Both the position numbers and the translations under genes were made by a program. Source: the human T2T-CHM13v2.0 reference genome, Homo sapiens. Taken from it: DNA of 64,000 nt. Position 1 is the stretch's first letter; every line of letters starts with the position of its first letter. Positions 40,025 through 64,000 of the stretch are shown here, piece after piece. The notes beneath the pieces were generated by a model that worked only from the letters and a program-made list of their open reading frames with translations, did no database searches and was not told where the DNA came from. The stretch lies in assembly GCF_009914755.1 (NCBI RefSeq), contig NC_060933.1; one strand, given 5' to 3'.

Positions 40025-41096
40025 TATTTTTCTAAATTTCTACAATGCACATTACTGCTTCTATAAAAATAAAAGGTTATTTAATGTAAAGTGTCTACGC
40101 ATAACCACGTACATGTGATTGACAATATTGTACTGTACACTTGGAAACCGTTGGATGAATTATTTGGATTTTTTTTTTTTTGCCACAAGAAATAAATTGA
40201 ATTATTTAACGCTGAAGCCTATGTCACTTTCTTGCCTGAATCCTCCAGATGACCCACACCTGTAAGAAAGTTCAGTCCTGGCATTTGAGGGTCTTCACAA
40301 CATGGTTCCTGATCTCTCCAAATTTACCCCAGGACTCTTGTTGCTAGTCTAACTTTAAGCTTTATGAGCAAGTGCTGTACTTTCTGACCTGTGCCTCAAA
40401 CTGTTCTCCTCCACTTCTCCACATCAAGTTTCCCACCTTCCTTTAAGGCCTAGAAACCGTATTTTACATGGCATTGCCTTCCTTGCAGCCCCATTAACAC
40501 TGTGTGCCTTGTTGATAGCTTCTGTTTCCTGATAGTAAGGCTTTAACATGAGGTTCTCTGAGGTCAAGCTCAAATTCTCAATCCAGTGCTCTTTCCACTC
40601 TATCATATTCCCTCTACTCTGTATATTTGGTTGAGAATCAGCCAGTCAGAAGGTACATGCTGCTTCCTTGATTCCTCTCACTAGTGTCACTGTTCTGTTC
40701 CAAAGCTTTATTTAGCTCAAACCTGTCAACAGGGTCTGAGTCCAAAACTCACCACCTGCTGGCCAAGGGTGGAACTAAAGGTACTTTTCCCTCTCCCACT
40801 ACTATGGTCTCCAAAGACAATGCAATTCTGAATTTCCATTTTACATGGGAACGTGAGTTCACACTTATCTGAGTAGCTTTATAAAAAAAAAAATCCAAAT
40901 CCTATATTAAGTATTTTAAAGCTCCTAGTGGGTTGTGGGGCTGAGCAAGGGTTAGCAAACCATTTGACACTTGCCACAGTTCAGCTGAAATGGAAGACCT
41001 GCATCCTTCACGGGCATTGTGTCCACTGAACTTTCAGGGGAATTTGTAGGATCAGTACCTTAGATCGATCTATCTAGATATATATAGATAGATCGA

Positions 41097-41367
41097 TTTT
41101 TTTTTTTTTTTTTGAGACGGAGTCTCCATCTGTCGCCCAGGCTCACTGCAAGCTCCGCCTCCCGGGTTCATGCCATTCTCCTGCCTCAGCCTCCCGAGTA
41201 GCTGGGACTACAGGTGCCTGCCACCACCCAGCTAATTTTTTGTATTTTTAGTGTAGACGGGGTTTCACTGTGTTAGCCAGGATGGTCTCGATCTTCTGAC
41301 CTCGTGATCCACCCGCCTCAGCCTCCCAAAGTGCTGGGATTACAGACGTGAGCCACCGCGCCTGGCC
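41097..41367 (-). mobile_element. AluY-like with an internal ~25-bp deletion
   Basis: gtcgcccaggct|cactgcaagctcc lacks ggagtgcagtggcgcgatctcggct. Confidence 0.88.
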
Positions 41368-41708
41368 AAATATAAACATAGTTTAAGACATTAGATATGT
41401 TGTTCCATCTTTGTTTTTGCCTCTATGGCATACTGCTGGTCCTCTATTTGATACCACATTCTTGGTCTGAAACCCAACCTCTAATCGCAGTGTTTACCCT
41501 ATATAAAGTGATCAGCTACGGTAAGATCACATTCCAGTTTCTTTCTAGGTATAATGTGAGGGGAAAGATGGACTGCCTATACAATTTGCCTCTTGGTTTA
41601 AGTATGCAGGCTTCCACAGTTTAGAAAGCATTTTTCAATCATTTTGTCAGACTAAGAAACTTGAGGCCCCAAAAGAGCTATCACCTTGTTCACAGCTATA
41701 CAGGTATA

Positions 41709-43470
<1,762 letters not shown>

Positions 43471-43627
43471 TACCAAAAGTGCAAAAATACCCATTTCACA
43501 GCATGAGTTCCAGAGCTGCTCCAGTTTAGTCAACCAGTGTAAGTATCATGCATCCTTGAAGATTATCTATGTAGACCAAAACGGAGCCTGGTCTTGCCTA
43601 GCATAAAGTCTAGGATGACTAATACCA

Positions 43628-45088
43628 GTGTTGATCATAATCCTGAAGGACACAATCCCAAACACCATAACCCCAAATGTTGAAGTCCCAAAAGATCAAA
43701 ATCCTTAAAATCACAACCTGGACAAAATAAAATTTCAAATTCTGGGGAAAGGATTAGTATGTTTTTCGTTGTAAACAAGACAGTTGCATCATGTTATACA
43801 GAAGTATTACCTTGTTATTGTCTTAAGTATGGTTTAGACACATAAGGGTGCCAAGTTGCCAATGAGCAGAATTGTGGACTTAATTTTAGGTGTCAATTTT
43901 ACTGGATTAAGGAGTATTTAGAAACCTGGTAAAGCATTATCTGGGTGTGTCTGTGAGGTTGTTTCCGGGGATTAGTTTGTAAGTCTGAGTGGACTGAGTG
44001 GGGAAGATCTGCCTTCAATGTTGGTGGGTACCATCCAACAGGCGGGGGCCCAGAGAGAACAAATACAGAAGGCAAATTGGTCTCTAAGAGGTAGGATAGA
44101 TTTTTCTTCTTTTTTAAGATTGAGTTTTGCTCTTGTTGCCCAGGCTGGAGTGCAATGGCTCCATCTCAGCTCACGACAACCTCCGCCTCCCGGGTTCAAG
44201 CTATTCTCTGCCTCAGCCTCCCAAGTAGCTGGGAGTACAGGCAAGCGCCACCACGCCTGGCTAATTTTGTATTTGTAGTAGAGATGGGGTTTCTCCATTT
44301 TGGTCAGGCTGGTCTTGAGCTCCCGACCTCAGGTGATCTGCCCGCCTCAGCATCCCAAAGTGCTGGGATTACAGGCATGAGCCACCATGCCCAGCCTAGG
44401 ACAGATTTTTCTTCTGGTGCCTTGGACATTAAAAATTTGACTCCATGACCGCAATGTTGACTCTGTGTGTAAGCATTATATGTGTGCATAAAAATGTTGA
44501 AAGTTCCTCAATAAACGAAGAGACATCTGTTTTTTGTACACGTGCATTTGTGAAGGATAAAATTTCTCAAGACCTCGTCTCTTTGGGAGACAATGCAGTG
44601 GTAACGCAACAGTTTTTGAACCATCTCATCAAGACTTAGGTTTTCTGTCACAGTATTACAGATGACCAGTTATATAAAGCTAGGTGCCCACAATTACCAA
44701 GCATAGTGACAAAGCATTTATACATTTCACTTTTTGACCTATTTCTTTATGAATGTTTCATCTGCTCATCACCGTTATATCCGTGCAACTGTCATTGGTA
44801 TACCTGAGTGTTTATCTTGCAAAAATGTTACTATTCCCTATTTTATCGTGTAGTGGCCTATGAAACGTTCTGTTGTGTTGTTTCTCAAATAAATACGCTT
44901 TTAAAAATGTAAGTAAATTTTCGAAGAATGTTTAGTATTTCTTCCAGAATTGTATTTTGGGATTTTGACCTTTTGGGATTGTGATTTTCAGAATTTTAGA
45001 CTTTAGGGATTTTGATCTTTGGAGATTACAGTATTTTATTCAAAATTACGGTGTTCAGGACTGTCTTTTGAGATTATGTCCCAAAGCC
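43628..45088. mobile_element. Ricksha (MULE/MuDR) DNA transposon carrying an MLT2/ERVL segment, with an antisense Alu at 44101-44397
   Basis: Inverted termini: gatcataatcctgaaggacacaatcccaaacacc...cccaaaagatcaaaatcc versus ggattttgatctttgg...ggtgttcaggactgtcttttgagattatg; internal MLT2 motif aattttaggtgtcaatttactggattaagg. Confidence 0.75.
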
Positions 45089-45242
45089 AATCAACATATA
45101 TTTAATTTAGTAATTTATTTTCTCTGCACTACTCTCTCTCTGGGTAAGGCATCACTGTACTGACCCTAGAAGCACTAAGTGATTACTGTTGAAGAGGATA
45201 GTCTATTTTCTGTTTGGAAAAAAAAAAAATTCAATACTAAAA

Positions 45243-46295
45243 TTTTATATTAACAAAAAGTTTTTTTTTTTTAATCAAAGTACATAAAATAAAGGTGGAC
45301 ACAACTGTAAGTGATCACCAACCAGGGGATGTTTGGGATTTTTAGATGCATTAAAAGAGAGTATAGAGAATATCCACCTGCAAGTAAGATTGTATTCTTT
45401 TGCAACCCTGCGATTTTCAAATGGCACCCCAACACAGTCTTTGGTCAGGATAAGGGATCCTGCAGGCCTAGCCTTACCGTCCACATCAAATATAGGTGGA
45501 GGGATGCCATATTCTCCACATTTGGAGCTCTGTCAGGCTGCTCCCTTTCCACCAGTCCTATCCAGTGATACTGCAGACAAAGGGTGAGGCAACAGGAGAC
45601 ATCATACCGATGTTGATCAGGAGAGGAAGAAGGTGCAATCTTACTTCCAGGATTTCACATTTGGAAGAATGCCTTGGGAGTGGTGGGTAGCCCAAGGCTG
45701 TTCCCAGGAAAAGAAGCAGGCACAGGGCCCAGGACTCAGGCTCCATTTTGACCCAACGTTTATTGTCCTTTTACAACATGTCATTTTTTGGTTTAGAAAC
45801 TGCTTGTGATTAGTTTTCCAACATTAACTCAAAAGCATGTAAAATAAATCAACCTACTCTCTATATAAACATCCAGCAACTGTGGCCCCTACCCACCTAC
45901 CCAGGTTGGATAGGGGGAAGGGAGGGCTCGGGCAGCATTGAGTCAAGTGCAGATGCTTTACTGTGGCAGGTGGCAGTAGTGCCTTGGTTCACACCCCACA
46001 CAGGTCCCCTGCACTGCCCCAAACTACAACAGAAATGGCATAGGCCCAAGGCCCAATTCCCTGTTGGTAATTCACTCTCCGCCTACCAAATGAAAATCGC
46101 TTTTATTTTATCGCTTTTGTTTTGTATTTTTGCAACAGAAACCCCCTGTCCAGAGTCAGACTGTAGCTGAACTGTTCAGACTGGAGAATGGAGCAGGCTG
46201 TGGGCGCACCCCTGGTCCCTCTCCTGGGCAAGCGCCCCCACCCCCAGGGAACAAGGTCCAGGCAGGCCAGCTCACTGCACGCTGGCCACCACCAC
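45243..46295 (-). other. VCP: VCP 3'UTR with tandem polyadenylation signals
   Basis: Minus-strand AATAAA at 46102-46107 and 45759-45764; ATTAAA at ~45270-45275; distal end approximate. Confidence 0.75.
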
Positions 46296-61532
<15,237 letters not shown>

Positions 61533-61733
61533 GGCGCGCGCCTCTCCCGGCCGGCGGCTGTGGCGGCCCGCGGGTAACGGCTACGAGCGGTGGCAAGCGA
61601 CCGACTGGGCCGGGGCTCGGCTCTTCCAGGCGGTGGGCGAGCAGCGGCGACAAACCCGCAAGCGGCTTCCCTCTCGCTTCCTCCCACCGGCAGCGAGGCG
61701 TCGGGCGAACAACGCTGGCTCCTGATCCGCGAG

Positions 61734-61765
61734 GTGGCAGTGGCAGTGGCAGCGGCAGCGGCAGC
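61734..61765 (-). repeat. Imperfect hexanucleotide repeat in the VCP 5'UTR
   Basis: Plus strand (GTGGCA)3(GCGGCA)2GC. Confidence 0.9.
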
Positions 61766-63017
61766 GACGACTCAAACGACGGTCGCAGACGCTTCGCTGA
61801 GACTGAGCCGAGAAGAGCCGAATCATCGGAAGGGAAGCTGCTCCCACCTCAGCCAATCAGCGCCTGCCCTGCGGACTCTCGCCCGCCTCTCCGCGCCTCT
61901 CCCCAGCAACCCGCAGATCACAGCCAATCAGGAAATTCGCTTGCGGCCTGGCTCCCGCCTCAGTGATGCGACACGCCTAGTAACGCCACGTCAATTGGCC
62001 GCAACGCTACGCTTCCTCGACGGATTGGAATTCTCAGCCAATCAACGAAAGGAATAGGGCGAGATCGATTAGTGAAAGGAGACCCTTTAATCCCTTAGAG
62101 GCGGACTCTCCCACTTGGCTCCAGTTCATTGGCTCCGGAGTTTATCCTCCTGGAAGAACGTGGCACAATAGACTGAACCCTTGTATTAGTCTAGTCCTAT
62201 TGTGGTAACCCATACACCCATCTTCTCCCAAAACCTGGAGATCTTCTAAGACGCCATCACCACCCTGACACTTCTTGCTCCTTCTCAACGCTGCCTCCAA
62301 CCACCCCTACTCTGAACTTTCTGACTAGCACCCCACTCCTACCCCATTGTCACTGCACCCTCTGGTAACCCCAATCCCACAGCCTTTGCAGTTTCTCAGC
62401 GCTTGTGCCTTTCTTCCTCCCGTCATTAATATTAATACCTTATAATAAGGCACTCAAATCCAGAGAAGTCAAAGGGCAACCACAGAACACACAGCCAATT
62501 CAGTAGAACCCAAATTAGCAAGAAAACTGCATATGCTGGGACTTGAAAATCCTTGGGCCCCAAATAACAGGGGTCCCTGTTAGTAGTCAACAGGCAGCTG
62601 TTGGTGATATGCTGACTCAATTCACCTTTCACCCTGTACCCACACAGACACATTTGACTAAGACGAGTCGAATTTCTAGAATTTGGAATTAGGAAGGGAG
62701 TGAAGAGTTACTCTGAGAGAAACCTGCCTGTCTCTAAGTAACAGGTACCTGCCCTTGTCCTGAGAGGCCTATCTAGACCACCCTTCAGACCCAACTCCAC
62801 TCATTGTCACTGTCCTGGGCTTTGGGGCTCTGCATTCAGGCAATGTGAAGGACTAAAGCCACTGCCTCCAAAGTGAGGATTCCTGTAGCCCTTTCCTCAT
62901 ACCCAGACTTCAAGTTCATAAGGTAGACGATGTCAGGAAAGGGCATCATAGACAACTAGCACTCAACTAGACGGTCACAAGCCTTCCCACGCAAGTATAT
63001 GTAGTAGGCAGACGAGA

Positions 63018-63286
63018 TAAATATGAAATTTTACTCGACAACAGAAAAGGAGAAACAGGAAAAAAGGTGCCTCGAGCAAAGTCAATGACTTGGTGGTGGC
63101 AGAGATTGTTTCCTCCAAAACGAGAATGGTAGTAACTAGGGCAAATTTCACAGGCCTACCACCAATCTCACCAGTCCAGGAATTATATAGGAATGGTCAC
63201 ATTCCTAATGATGGTGAAGCAGAAAGCCCTCCCCACAGAGAGACAGCCCACTGGGGACCCAGCTCAAGCTCTTCAAAACGTGGCAG
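63018..63286 (-). other. FANCG: FANCG 3'UTR with variant polyadenylation signal AGTAAA (63030-63035)
   Basis: No AATAAA seen in the UTR; tttact on the plus strand; end coordinate approximate. Confidence 0.65.
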
Positions 63287-63701
<415 letters not shown>

Positions 63702-64000
63702 TTAGAACTTGACATAGTCTTAGGCATTGTTTTATAAAAAGGGAAACTGAGGCCTAGAGAGAGGAAGTATCTTGCCTACACTCACATATGGAAGCGGGGG
63801 CAGATCATTCACAACCATTCCCATCCCAGTGTCCATCATCTGCCCCCTACTCCTGTGCAACCCACAACAGCAGAGTCATGGTCTTTGTGTCTGAGGATAT
63901 CGGGGAAACCAGGGAACTCTTGGGAGCCCTGCATACACACTGTGTATATTTGAACACCTGGATATATCCCTAGGTATATATAGCACAACCCCAATCACCC

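Overview
Human genomic DNA from 9p13.3, identified from gene content. Left to right: a SYF2 processed-pseudogene fragment running into an old L1; a ~16 kb MER4A-LTR-flanked ERV (1474-17504) sitting in a MaLR internal sequence and carrying nested Alus, an L1 3' end, a 3'-truncated HERV-H/LTR7 and a MER41A solo LTR; an Alu/L2-rich stretch with an orphan CpG-rich segment near 25 kb; the two-exon C9orf131/SPATA31G1 gene (+, 1079 aa) preceded by an antisense LTR10-type solo LTR; a 7SL retrocopy, an L1 and a Ricksha DNA transposon; the complete 17-exon VCP/p97 gene (-, 806 aa) with its CpG-island promoter; and the last two exons of FANCG (-). Most short ORFs in the track are Alu, L1 or antisense artefacts. 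I see no wholly new biological system. The best leads are a phase-compatible FANCG exon 13 to VCP exon 2 readthrough fusion, an LTR-derived in-frame alternative first exon for C9orf131, a 33-bp array of splice-donor motifs in the C9orf131 intron, and a HERV-H with a Phe-like PBS fused to a polyadenylated foreign LTR end. Repeat subfamily names are from memory of consensus sequences, and repeat boundaries are approximate.
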